Both the position numbers and the translations under genes were made by a program. Shown piece by piece: positions 1 through 13,396 of a stretch of DNA of 64,000 nucleotides. The stretch comes from Octopus sinensis. Lineage: Eukaryota. Under the pieces are notes generated by a model. That model ran no database searches and was not told the DNA's origin. It saw only the letters and a program-made list of their open reading frames with translations. Where the stretch lies: NCBI RefSeq assembly GCF_006345805.1, contig NC_043001.1, positions 106,640,001 through 106,704,000 of the forward strand, read 5' to 3'. Every line of letters starts with the position of its first letter. The first letter of the stretch is position 1.

Positions 1-335
1 CACACACACACACACGACCACACACACACAGATGCAGACATATGCTCACACTCGTACACACGCAAAGACACACACATTTATTTACATATATTATATAGCT
101 GAATATATACATACATGTATATATATATATGCACATGCAAATATGTGTGTATATGTATATATTATATATATATATATATAATATATAGATATATATATAT
201 ATATATAGTATATGTATAATATTTATATATCTATATGTATGTGTATTATGTTTTTAATACACATATAACATATATATTAATTATTATATTATCATTCATA
301 TTATTCATATATATATATATACATATATATGTGTA

Positions 336-366
<31 letters not shown>

Positions 367-794
367 CAATATAGTATAATATGTATATATCTGTATGTAT
401 GTGTATAATATGTTAATACACAATATACATACATATATATATGTGTCTATGTGTGTATATATATATATATATCATATATATCTATATATATTGACTATTG
501 TATATATATATATATATATATCATATATATATAATATACTATATATATAATATATATATATATACGTGTGTGTGCGTGTACATTTTATTTGTTTTGATCT
601 TACTTTCACTTTCACAATGTGTTACTCGGTATCTGTTTTCTTTTTATTTTGTTTTATGTATTGGTGTGTTTTCACCATAAATACATTCTCACATTTTTTT
701 CTAATTATACTTACGTTTTATTTTTTGAGTATACATATATATATATATATATATATTGTGTGTGTATGGATATATAGATGTATTTATATGTATG

Positions 795-861
<67 letters not shown>

Positions 862-1292
862 TGTATGTATGCGTGTATGTTGTGCTTGGTGTATATTTGT
901 ATTCTATATGAGACTGAACTATATATGCGTGTGCATTTGTGTGTGTATGTGTGTGTATGTGTGAGTGTGTGTACGAGTGGAGAGTGACAGGATGAGAGGG
1001 ACCATACGAACAAACACTTATAGACACAAAGACGCCAAAAAGAACGAAGAGACAGAGACAGAGACACACAGAAGTGTATATGTATGTATATGTATATGTA
1101 TGCTTGTGTGTACATATATATATATGTATACATACATACTTACATATATACATACATTCATACATACACATGTATATATATATATATATATATATATACA
1201 TACACACACTTACATATAAAAGACAATGAGAGGAAGGTGAGACGTGTGTTGTGTTTTTGTGTGTGTGTTTGTGTGTGTAATGTGTGTGTGTG

Positions 1293-1346
<54 letters not shown>

Positions 1347-2016
1347 TGTTTGTGAATGTTTGTGTTTTCTATTTGGAACTCCAACGAGCCACTGTTTGAC
1401 TTTCAAATGTTGGTATGAGGGGTACGGTGCTTATTGTTCTTGATGCTCTCATTGCTGTTGTATTATAAGCTGCATTTTTCAGGCGGCGAGCTGGCAGAAT
1501 CGTTAGCACGTCGGACAAAATGCTTAGCGGCACTTCGTCCGTCTTTACGTTCGGTGTTCAAATTCCAGCGAGGTCGACTTTGCCTTTTGTCCTTTTGGGG
1601 TCGATAAAGTTATTACCAGTTGAGCATTGGGGACGGATGTAATCGACTTACCCCCTACCCCGAAACTGTTGGCCTTGTGCCTAAATCGGAAACCATTATC
1701 TACGTCATTACTTATTGATGTGGTTGCTGCGTATGTAATTGTGGTTACTAAAGTTCTTGCAGCTGTCGTCGTTGTTGCTGTTGTTGTGACACCAGATGTC
1801 AGTTCTGACAGGCTTCGTAACAACTCACCCGTCACCGATTTTCATGGTGTTTGCTCAGGAACCTTGGCTAAAGGGAGATTTATCTTCATCGTTTTTCTCC
1901 TCTTCCACCCTGCCTCACGATACCCACGTCTCCCCGGCATCGCCTGAGCGGTCAGAGAAGAAGAAAAACCCTGTTCACGTAGGTTATGTGTATATGTGCG
2001 CAAATGTTTGTTTTAT

Positions 2017-2052
<36 letters not shown>

Positions 2053-2738
2053 TTGTGTGTGTGTGTGCGTGTCTGGCGGGTATTTCTTTGCTTTTATTTC
2101 AGTTGGAAAAAGATTATTTCAGATAGCAAATTCTTTGTCGTTTCCAGTATGTTAATATTAATAAACAATTCTTACACACACACACACACGACCACACACA
2201 CACACACGACCACACACACACACACACGACCACACACACACACACACGACCACACACACACACACGACCACACACACACAGATGCAGACATATGCTCACA
2301 CTCGTACACACGCAAAGACACACACATTTATTTACATATATATATATAGCTGTATATATACATACATGTATATATATATATGCACATGCAAATATGTGTA
2401 TATATGTATATGTATAATATATATATATATATATCTATATATATATATATATGTATAATATTTATATATCTATATGTATGTGTATATATGTTTTTAATAC
2501 ACATATACATATATATATATATTATTAATTTATTATTAATCATATTATTCATATAATATTATCATATATATATGTGGTGTATATATATATATTATATATA
2601 TATATACAATATAGTATAATATTTATATATCTGTATGTATGTGTATATATGTTTTAATACACATATACATACATATATATATGTGTCTATGTGTGTTATA
2701 TATATAATATATACATATATATATATATGTGTCTATGT

Positions 2739-2783
<45 letters not shown>

Positions 2784-3036
2784 CGTGTGTGTGCGTGTAC
2801 ATTTTATTTGTTTTGATCTTACTTTCACTTTCACAATGTGTTACTCGGTATCTCTTTTCTTTTTATTTTGTTTTATGTATTGGTGTGTTTTCACCATAAA
2901 TACATTCTCACATTTTTTTCTATTATACTCACGTTTTATTTTTGAGTATACATTATATATATATATGTGTGTATGGATATATAGATGTATTTATATGTAT
3001 GTATATATATATATATATATAATATATATATATATT

Positions 3037-3082
<46 letters not shown>

Positions 3083-3600
3083 TGTATGTATGTATGTATG
3101 TATGTATGTATGCGTGTATGTTGTGCTTGGTGTATATTTGTATTCTATATGAGACTGAACTATATATGCGTGTGCATTTGTGTGTGTATGTGTGTGTTGT
3201 GGTGAGTGTGTGTACGAGTGGAGAGTGACAGGATGAGAGGGACCATACGAACAAACACTTATAGACACAAAGACGCCAAAAAGAACGAAGAGACAGAGAA
3301 CACAGAAGTGTATATGTATGTATATGTATATGTATGCTTGTGTTACATATAATATATGTATACATACATACTTACATATATACATACATTCATACATACA
3401 CATGTATATATATATATATATATATATACATCACACAACTTACATATAAAAGACATGAGAGGAAGGTGAGACGTTGTGTGTTTTTTTGTGTGTTGTTTTG
3501 TGTGTGTATGTGTGTGTGTGTGTGTGTGTTGTGTGTGTGTGTGTGTGTGGTGTGTGTGTGTGTGTGTGTGTTGTGTGTGGTGTGTTGTGTGTGTGTGTGT
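1..3600. repeat. Tandem duplication with ~2250-bp period (1-1340 repeats as 2251-3590)
   Basis: Unique spacers such as gatgcagacatatgctcacactcg and ggagagtgacaggatgagagggaccatacg occur in both copies. The copies diverge after the (GT)n. Confidence 0.9.
1482..1692 (+). mobile_element. SINE family B copy (head ggcggcgagctggcagaa; core gaggtcgactttgcctttcatcctttcggggtcgataa)
   Basis: Matches the many other copies in the window. tRNA-like head with GTTCAAATTCC B box. Confidence 0.8.
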
Positions 3601-4081
3601 GAGTGTGTTACAGTGTGAGCAAAGTTATGCATAAAAACATACACACGCGCACAGGTAACATTCATACCTCTGTGTATATAATTGTGTTTGAAATCTAATA
3701 AATAATAAATATCGAGCTGGAAGTTTGCTATGAAAATATTATTAAGACAGCGCACATTTATAAACAACAATACAATAGCACACGATAATACCAGTCTTAT
3801 TACGAAAAAAAATGTTATCACACGCGTCTTGCTCTTCATGGAATAGCTGTGAGATAACTGTGACATAATAGTGAGTTGAGCTGCCATTGTGGCTCGGATA
3901 TCTCATGGCTTCTCCTGGAAAACGCCAAATGAGACGTACACGTTCGTTTTGAGGTAAGAGTTATGTTTTGTTCTGAATTTGTGTTTGGGTGTGACATATG
4001 TGTGCATGCGTGTGAATGTGAGAGGATCTTTGTGCATTTGTGTGTGTGTGTGTGTGTGTGTGTGTTGTGTGTGTGTGTGTG

Positions 4082-4113
<32 letters not shown>

Positions 4114-4322
4114 AAGGCGCGTGGCGTCGTGGTGAGAGTTTTTGGCTCGCGATTATAAGGTCCAGTTCGATATCCGGCTGTTCATTGCGTCCTTCAGCTA
4201 GACCAGTGGTTCCCGACCTGGGGTCCGCGGACCCCTGGTAGCCCCAAAGGTAGTACTGAGAGTCTGTGAACTAAATTCAACATTTCATATGTATATATAT
4301 GTATATACACACATGTATATAC

Positions 4323-4667
4323 GCAGGCGTGGCTGCGTGGTAAGCAGCTTGCTTACCAACCACATGGTTCTTGGTTCGGTCCCACTGCATAGCACCTTGG
4401 CAAGTGTCTTTTACTATACCCTTGGGCCAACCAAAGCCTTGTGAGTGGATTTGGTAGACGGAAACTGAAAAAAGACCATCGTATGTGTGTGTTTGTGTTT
4501 ATCCCCCCACCATCGCTTGACAACCGATATTGTCGTGTATACGTCCCCGTAACATTAGCAGTTCGGCAAAGGAAACTGATAGGATAAGTACTAGGCTTAC
4601 AAAGAATAGGTCCTGGGGTCGATGTGTTCAACCAAAGGCGGTGCTCTAGCATGGCCACAGTCAATGA
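4323..4667 (+). mobile_element. SINE family A copy (tRNA head, CORE-like ccttgggcaagtgtc, tail aaggcggtgctccagcatggcc)
   Basis: Matches about 20 other copies in the window. Resemblance to described octopus CORE-type SINEs is from memory and unverified. Confidence 0.85.
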
Positions 4668-4807
4668 AGGATGGAGCCAAACAGACACACATAAATATAA
4701 ATAAATATATATATATATATTATGTATATAGTGACCACGTTATTTAATTTCATATATAACGATATTATCCTCAAATATATATATATAACCAGATAGATAG
4801 ATAGATA

Positions 4808-6465
4808 TGTTTCTTTATTAGCCACACAGGGCTGCACACAGATAGAACAAATTACAAGGTAGAGCTTTCTTTTGAAGGTTTAAAAATAAAAAAAAAATAA
4901 AAAATAAAAAAATAAAATAAAAAATAAAATAAAAAAAGGGAGTCGATCAAAAGGGATCGTAAAAGGAGAGAAAGAGGACAAAAAAGGGGGGGGTTAAAAA
5001 AAAGGGGGAGAGGAAAAATTGATCAATAGGGGGTCGTTATCACAGAAATATCAATATGAAGTGTAAAGGGAGGACAGGTGAGGTTTACCCGTGGAAAGAA
5101 AAGCCTACGGAAAAGACCACGGTAACCTCGGTCAATGAAGTCACATGTTATACTTCTTTTTTTTTTTTTTTTGGCAAATAAGCACTCTCTGTATTAATTT
5201 TTACGGTTCATAGAATCATAGTCAAGGTGGCTTCGTCATTCATAACGTGCCATCCTTGCTACATTCACCCATCTTTTTTAAACATTCACTAGACAAAAAC
5301 TTGCCTCTCTACTCTCACTTTTTTCTTCAAGTGATACTTGAAGAAGTTGATGAGAGATTGACCAGAGAGGAAAGTGTTTGTCTCTAATCCTTTCAGACGC
5401 GTCCACCAGATACATTCTTTCGCCATAGCCACAAGTATGATAAAAATAGCTCTTCCTTCCCGTTTGAAGGAAGGAGGCGTGACGATATTAACGATAGACT
5501 CGGCTGATAAACCGACACGTCCCACAACGTGACAGCAGTCGTTCGACATAGCCCCAGGTGGGAAATTGCTGGACACTGCACGATTGCGTGCAGAGCGGTT
5601 TCGTCGGTCTGCCCGCATCTCGGGCAGGTCGGCCCGTGTTTCTCGGAGCCATGCCTATAGAGCTATCCCGAACGGGTAGCGCTTCCTCGGTATCACCGCC
5701 AGGCCGGGATCTCTGGAAGTTGTCCATAGGTCCCGGCCGAAAGTCGTTTGAAACAGGCGGGTCAGGTATTCCTCGTCGACGCCCAGGTTTGCCCCGAGCT
5801 CGTCGTCGTACCTCCCCTCCACTAATCCCCTATAGAATGCTTTGGTTGTGTTGAAGTCACTCAAGGTCGACCCGGGACGGCAAGATTGCTTGAGAGCAAC
5901 GCGACACTCGCGGTGCCATTCGCCCTTCTTCGCCTCTTTTTGATCCACGACTGTAGTTCGGTCATGGAGACGAGTGCGGGAATGCGTGCCTCACAAACGG
6001 CGACCACACCTGTTCACCGTCGTCTACATAGAGCCGGAGATGTCGCAGTCTCAGCGCGTGTCTGCGCATCATCAACCACGGCATGCCCAGCCCTCCTTTT
6101 AACGGGTGTTGACAGCAAATGGATCGCCTGACCATCGGACGCATCCTTCCACAAGAAGCGGAAGAGGATGCGTTCTAGTTTGGTGATGGTAGGGTCGGGA
6201 CAAGGTACGACGGTCAGGCGGTAGTAGATGATGGACGCGATGTACGCGTTCACCACCTCCGCCCGACCTTTTAGGGACAGTTTCCTCTCGGCCCATTGCT
6301 GGGCGAGAGTGACCACCCTACTCGTTATCTCGTTCCAGTTCTTCTCCATTTGGAGGTCCGGACCGAACCAGACCCGAGCCAACTCAACCGGCCGTCTGTT
6401 TCAGCGTCCCACGACGGAGGTACTGGTGGACGGCATGGGCTTGCTTCTCCAGGTGCGAGCCGCAA
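4808..6465 (-). mobile_element. 5'-truncated Tx1/L1-clade LINE (ORF2 C-terminal part, frameshifted; 3' UTR with AATAAA and (TATC)n end)
   Basis: Minus-strand peptides WAERKLSLKGRAEVVNAYIASIIYYRLTVVPCP...LERILFRFLWK and QCPAISHL, typical of L1/Tx1 RT C-terminus and Cys/His motif. AATAAA at 4819-4814. (GATA)n on both sides. Confidence 0.85.
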
Positions 6466-6473
6466 TAGATAGA

Positions 6474-6542
<69 letters not shown>

Positions 6543-6681
6543 GTAAGATAGATAGATAGATAGATAGATAGATATGGTGGTTACGACTCCTAGCTTTCAC
6601 CCAGGCGGCCCGGTGTCCAGCGTCCCACGACGGAGGTACTGGTGGACGGCATGGGCTTGCTTCTCCAGGTGCCGAGCCGCA

Positions 6682-6780
<99 letters not shown>

Positions 6781-6823
6781 TGGTGGTTACGACTCCTAGC
6801 TTTCACCTAGGCGGCCCGGTGTC
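6402..6823. repeat. Tandem duplication of a ~210-bp unit spanning the LINE 5' junction, (GATA)n and a tRNA-like fragment
   Basis: Units 6402-6617 and 6618-6823 both read cagcgtcccacgacggagg...gccgcaa(TAGA)n tggtggttacgactcctagctttcacc.aggcggcccggtgtc. Confidence 0.9.
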
Positions 6824-6840
6824 GATTTCCGGCATCAGAA
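6776..6840 (+). pseudogene. tRNA-Glu(TTC)-like sequence with damaged 5' end (pseudogene or SINE head)
   Basis: Anticodon arm CCTAG-CT TTC AC-CTAGG (6795-6811), followed by CGGC CCGG TGTCGATTT CCGG CATCAGA A, closely following eukaryotic tRNA-Glu. The 5' acceptor strand is replaced by (GATA)n. Confidence 0.65.
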
Positions 6841-6960
6841 CTTATTATTACTGGCGGTGCCCCAGCATGGGCGACAGCCTTAGGGCTAAAACGTATAAAA
6901 GAACAAAAGGATAAAAGAATATAAATGTACGTATATATGCATATATATATTTATATATAT

Positions 6961-7346
6961 CTTTTTCTCGCTTCGGTCATTAGTGCACGACCATGCTGGG
7001 GCACCGCCTTGAAGAATCTTAGTCGAACGAATCAACTCCAGTATTTATTTTTTAACCTCGTACCCATTCTATTGGCCTCTTTTGCCGAACCGTTAAGTAA
7101 CACGGACGTAAACGCACCATCACCGGTTGTCGAGTGGCGGTGGGGGACAAACACAAACACAAAGGCAAACATAGATAGATATGTACACGTCGGGCTTCTT
7201 TCAGTTTCCGTCTACCAAATGCACTCACAAGGCTTTGGCTGGCTTCAGGTTATAGTAGAAGACACTTGCTCACGATGCCACGCAGTAGGACTGAACTCGG
7301 AACCATGTGGCTGGTAAGCAAACTTATCACAACCACGCCTGCGCCT
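6961..7346 (-). mobile_element. SINE family A copy
   Basis: Reverse complement, tail to head. Confidence 0.8.
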
Positions 7347-7377
7347 ATGCTGCACCGGCGTCTCTGGCACACCTCTG

Positions 7378-7421
<44 letters not shown>

Positions 7422-7489
7422 CATGCATATATATATATATATATATATATTATAGAGAGAGAGAGAGAGAGAGAGAAGGATAGAGAGGA

Positions 7490-7559
<70 letters not shown>

Positions 7560-7604
7560 AGAAAGAAGAAAGAAAGGGTGGGACAGTGAGAGAAAAGTTT
7601 AAAT

Positions 7605-8340
7605 CTGTATGAATTCGACATAATACGAACCCGATATAATACGAATTATGAAATGAAACCATTTTTTTGTATTTGTATTTTTGCGTGCGGAAGTTGAAAT
7701 CTGTTTGCTGTGATCCGATTAGTCATCTGTCAATTTACTTTTGGTTGTCATTGTACGACAACGTCCTACATTTATTTATCAATTTTCAAATACAACTGGT
7801 AGTGTTGTTTTATTTTCACCATTCTCGGTAAATATTAGAAATGGGAAAAATTGTTGTATCGGATATGATTTCTCTGTGGAAAAAAAAGAGATTTACTATT
7901 ACATTGAAGCAAAAATTTTATGCAAACGCGATAGCTATTCGAAAATTGTTAGATATTTTAGCATGCATCTATCCCCTGTACAAAAGGTAATAAAATACAC
8001 AGTTGCAATAAAAGAAACGGTAAATTAACATCAGCTGTTTCAGGTTTACAAAACACCCAAAAGCATTGCCATGAAAGAAACGGAACGTCTTTTCGCTGAA
8101 TGCATTAAAGATTGTAATCAAAAACGTATTCCTCTTTGCAAAGCAAATGCTTTGGGCATATTTACTGGCGTGAAAAATAATGGTAATCAAATCAACACTG
8201 GAGAGAGATTTACTTCAAATGTTCACTTATTTGAATGATTTAAGAATAGAATTCAGCAGCATAATGCGAAATTTTATAGAGAATTAACCAGTGCTGACGA
8301 AGAATGCGGATATACAGACAACACATATCTAAGATGGAAA
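7605..8340 (+). mobile_element. Decayed pogo/Tigger DNA transposon, N-terminal HTH/CENP-B region
   Basis: From 8071: MKETERLFAECIKDCNQKRIPLCKANALGIF...FE*FKNRIQQHNAKFYRELTSADEE, resembling Tigger transposases. Upstream SVEKKEI...IKETV. Subterminal repeats cgacataatacgaa / cgatataatacgaa near 7617-7648. Confidence 0.6.
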
Positions 8341-9399
8341 ACAACGGGACTTTTTTTTTGTTTTTTGGAAAAGAATTCCTTCAAGGTGTTACATTTTTTA
8401 AAATCAAATAACTCAGCCAGCATTATTTACAGTGTGTAAGGATCGTTTACCATTTTTTTATATATATAGGCTGTATGTAGGCAGTATGTTTAAAACTAAT
8501 GGTTTTTGTACAATTTATCAAATTCATGTTCACTTAAATAATACAACTTTAACAATAAAATTAATTTTAAAATGATGAAAGGGTTCAATGAAAAAAAAGA
8601 GTAGCGTATTATTCGCAGTTCATCAGCTGTTTTATTGTTTAGAATTTACATGGAATACGACCGTTCCAAGAAAACAAAGTATAGTGACATTGGTGAGTTC
8701 TGTTCTTTGTAGAATAATGTGTATTCAAAGAGAATGAAGAATGTGCCTAAGAAAATGGTGAGTACAAGTTTAAGTGTTGACAGTTCTTTCTACGGCACAG
8801 TATTTTGAGGCATAACTCCGGAAGCTACCAAAATCAAGATTTTGGCTGCCGTCACGTTTCTCTGCTCACGTCACTAAGTTCCTGACATCTAAATTCATTC
8901 TGTTTGTCTTCGGGTCTGTTTTGTTTTATTGGGCCCCAGAACAGATCCGACTGGACAGGTATTTGGTGACGTCATCCCTTAAAATCCCGGATGCATTTTT
9001 TATAATTTCATTGGTCAGATTTTTGCTGATGCCATTACTCGATCTAAAAAAATCTTGTGTAGTTGTTTACAAAAACCTCTAAATTAAAGAAAACAGTCGG
9101 TGTTCAAATTGAAGCAGAAACCTACTACACAGCCATCGATCTTTTTAGCTATTTTGGTGTATCAATAAAAAGGCATTGATGATCAGATTCGTTTTAGAAA
9201 ATAGGTTTCTACATATTATAATCCAGCCGTTGTAAATTATTTTAAGAATATAATATTGCCTTTTATGGATTGATAAGTTTAGGTAATGTCCCTCATCCTC
9301 CGGTGACATGCGATCATTAGTGTGAAAATATAAAAGTTATTTTTTACCCCTTAGTAATGGGACAAGTAATGGCTTCAAGTCCAACAAATTATGGCCAGG

Positions 9400-9628
9400 G
9401 GTTAGTCGACTATGTCGACCCCAGTACTCAACCTATTTCATCGACCCTTGGGCTTAACCGGCACTTATTTCATCGACCCTGGTTCTCAGCTGGTACTTAC
9501 TTTATCGAACCCGGAAGGATAAAAGGCAAAGTTGATCTCGGCGAAATTCGAACTTAAAGCGTAAAGAGCCGTAAGAAGTGGCGCTATGCATTGTATCCTA
9601 CGCGTTAATAATTCTGCCAACTCACCGC
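9400..9628 (-). mobile_element. SINE family B copy (diverged)
   Basis: Reverse complement of the family B core and head. Confidence 0.7.
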
Positions 9629-12600
9629 GTTAATAGGGAACATAATAACTGCACCATTAGAAGACATTGGCAAGCAATTTTGGTTTTGATAAAAGTAGTA
9701 CTTACATATGTTCGTGACTTACTCGATTTTCACGTGCGTGTATCAACTAACGACGACTTTAGTTTTAGAGAAGCGAAACATGCATCCGAATAAACAGATG
9801 AAGAAGTTCTCCATCAAGGAATTCTAATTTAGAAATATAGAAAGACTAAACGAAATTATGAATGCGATACCAACAGCGATAAAAGATGCGAGGTTGCTGA
9901 GATTTTCACAGTAGTTTTTTTTTCTAAGTTACATACATATGAAGATTTAAATTAAGAAATGTCGGTACACTCTACTCCATTTAATTAGTTGAAAGACAGT
10001 TAGACATGTAACACAGGCTGTGTGTTTTTCTTTTTTTTCTTTCTCTTTGTTAACATTTAAAATGTGCATACATTCTTTCATTCCTCTGTATAATTATATT
10101 TTTTAGCGAATTTTAAAATTTCGTTTTCCAAAATAAATTGTAATTTGTTGCATTGCTTATGAAGCATATAACAAAAATAAATATTCTTGAGATGATGTTT
10201 TAATTAGTAAAATTGAAAACACGAAAATTGAAAACGGAAAAGATGAAACGGAAAATTATTATTTGCTCGTGTGTGCTCAGAATGTAGATGGGTTTCGCTC
10301 TATAATTTCTAGAATTACAAATCGTAATGAATCTGTAATTTGAAAATAATAAACAATCCCTAATTATTAATTTTGTAAATTATCAGAATAAGAAACAATT
10401 TCAAATTATCCTACTTTTTTAAAATAATTTCTAATTTGCATGGAATCTGTAAGAACAGCCTATAAACAGAACTTAAGTACGCTTTGTTTCGTCATTTCCT
10501 TTAGAGTTTTTTTTTTTTATTTTACTTCGGAATTCGCATCAACTTGCTTGTTAAAGATGATCATTTTAAGAATATCTAAAATTATAGAATAAATGCATTT
10601 TGTTGCCTTTTGGTTTTTAATTAACATAAAAGCAAGTTTGAAACCAAAGCGCCTCTTCATTTACGGCGCTGGTTGCAAGTGTAATGCTTACCTTGTAGAA
10701 AGTAAAAGTGTTTCGCAAAGTTGAAGGAAAAGTGAAAATATGTATTTATATATTTATTTCATCTTTCATTAATTGCTCATATACATCATAATTTATTATG
10801 AATGATAAACGGATATAAAATCACGGCTGAAATCCATCAATGCAAATGCCTTAACGCTACACACTCTCGAATAAATAAGACTCTAATTGTGTGCGATGTA
10901 TATTCCATTGATTTGGTCTTTTTGTACAATTCCACAGCAATTTTGTATTTTCTAGTTGTATATGCAAGTGGGCAACCAATATTCAGTGATTGGGTAAACA
11001 CAAGTGAAAAATAGCAATTTGATTGATGGTTTTCGCATGATACTAAATTTGCTTATAAATGCTGGTCCTCGACAGCATAATCGTGTTGCACATTGGACAA
11101 TAATGTAGTTGTTTTTCCATCTAATGGAACCGGAAAACACCCAGAACTAATATGGAGGTCACGGAAAACCACTCAGCTATCACAAAATGCTGACATTTTG
11201 CCTACATCTCACAAACGTGCTCTCGGGAACTTCAACGTTGAAATGATCTGAATTGAATTTTTAATAAAATATTCTCTTCACATATATCACAGCAGTAGTT
11301 CTTCCATTTTACTATAGTTTCCGACTCGAGGCTTTGGCACACTGATCCATTGCTCGGTACCCCTCGGGTACAGAGGCCCAATGCTAAACTATGTATGCTG
11401 TGGCTTTCTATCAATACTATGGGTCCCTAAGCATTGTTTTTGCATGAGGCCCTACAATACTACTATGACGACTCTACCAGTGATACACAAGTTTACATTC
11501 ACATTTTATTATTTTGACGATTTCCATCTCCTACATTCTTAATATATCAAAGATTTGCTCAAAAGACATTTCCCCTTGTAAAATATATCTGCAATGACAA
11601 TAATTTCTTGTGGCAAATTATTTCGTAGGCCTCCAGAGGTATACAGTTGAAAAATGTATTCCTGAATAGTGAAGCGGTATCCTTCTATGTGAGAATTTGT
11701 ACGAATGTACGTCCGCATATGTATAATTTTTGGATGAAATTATGCATGCAAGTGTTTGTGTATATTTATTTATTCATATATCTGTGTGTGCGTGTGTAAT
11801 ATTTCTACAGTATGACAAAAGGGAGCGAAGTGAAAAAACAAAAAGTGATATATATTTTTATACAAAGGAGTAAATGTACGATGGATTTCCAGAGAGTTCC
11901 TTTTAATTAGTTTCACAAGACATTCTTAAATATCTATATATCTTATTCTGTTGTGTCTGGAGAGAGTCATTTTCTTTTTGTGCCTTATAATTTAACACAC
12001 TCACCGGTAAAATTTCCACTTCTTTCTTTTTTCCCCCTAAACTTTTCGTTGCGTCTTGCAACCTTTTCAATAGTCTTGACTCTCTTCCTTGTTATTTGTA
12101 ATTATAAGGCACAAAAAGAAAATGACTCTCCCCAGACACAGCAGAATATGCTTCACCACACGAACTCATATAAAGAATCTTGCAAACCAACTCCAAAAAC
12201 GAAATATATATCTTATATATATGTATTTACAAATTATTTATGTATGCATGAGTGTATAAACAAGTGAAATATCGAAAGAAACTGAGAAATCGAAAACATA
12301 TATAACTTTGAAAACGAAAGCACATTGAGCGTGTATATGCGTGTGTACTATGCGCATGTATGCGTGTGTACGGATGGGAAGTGAGAAAACGAAGCTGGGA
12401 AAAGCAAAACATAAATTCGTATCCTGGTCAGCTATTTCAAAATTTGGAGGTCACATAAACAGACTTTGAGAGGTTTTTCGCAATTTGCTACTACTTTTTT
12501 GACTGCTTTAGAAGCAAATATTTTAACATGTCTAGAAACCAGACGTTTACAAGACTTACTTAATAGGTACGAACACAAGTAGCATCGATCGCTAACACAC

Positions 12601-13161
12601 CGTGTGTAACATCACCGACCCACTTAATCATAAATGACAGCCAAGACAGCTAGAAAGAAAACATAGAAAATGTGCGGAAATCTGTTATATTAAATATGTA
12701 AATAAATTCTTTAAAACATTCTAACTTAATCACACGATTAGGAATACGTTTAATTATAATTATTTAACTCTTATAACTATTTAATTATAACAATTTAACT
12801 GTTATACTCACTTAATTATAGTTATTTAATATTAGCATGTTTCTTCATAATCTACTTCAACGAATGGGGTGACATTACGAATATTCTAACCTTGTATATT
12901 ATCACTACTTATACAATTATGAAAATTTAACTGGCAAAGATTTTACCATACTTAGAACTAAGTCAGTGATATGATTCTGGTCATTAGAGTGTTGCAGGTA
13001 AAGGCGACGTTCATGCATGGCCGCAGTCAAAGACATGACTGGATAATAAAATAATTGAGACTCTACCAACATTATAGAGCGTATAGAAAAATACATATAT
13101 TTCGTGTTGTTTACTACTGTTAGTGACGTCCTGTACGTATATATGCATATGCATACATACA

Positions 13162-13227
<66 letters not shown>

Positions 13228-13261
13228 ATATTGTAGAAAAGATCGTGGTTAAGGCCAAGAC

Positions 13262-13312
13262 AAAGTCTTATGAGTAGATTTGGTAGACGGAAACTGAAAA
13301 ATGCCCGTCGTA

Positions 13313-13396
<84 letters not shown>

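Noticed and set aside
498-3887. Many 60-227 aa ORFs rich in YI, CV, HT and MYVC
   Set aside because: Translations of (TA)n, (TG)n, (CA)n and (TATG)n microsatellites. The same applies to similar ORFs throughout the window.
3866-3953. Segment before gag|gtaaga that reads HNSELSCHCGSDISWLL (LRR-CT-like) in one frame
   Set aside because: That frame is bounded by stops on both sides and no convincing acceptor was found. Likely chance.
4204-4290. hAT-like terminal sequence cagtggttcccgacctgggg
   Set aside because: No matching right end or TSD was found. A solo fragment at best.
8643-8757. Two short ag...gtgagt exon-like units (8643-8692 and ~8713-8757)
   Set aside because: They are separated by only 20 nt, too short for an intron, no peptide was recognised, and they lie within or next to a decayed transposon.
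8967-8974. Perfect CRE site TGACGTCA
   Set aside because: A single 8-mer is expected by chance in 64 kb, and there is no linked gene start.
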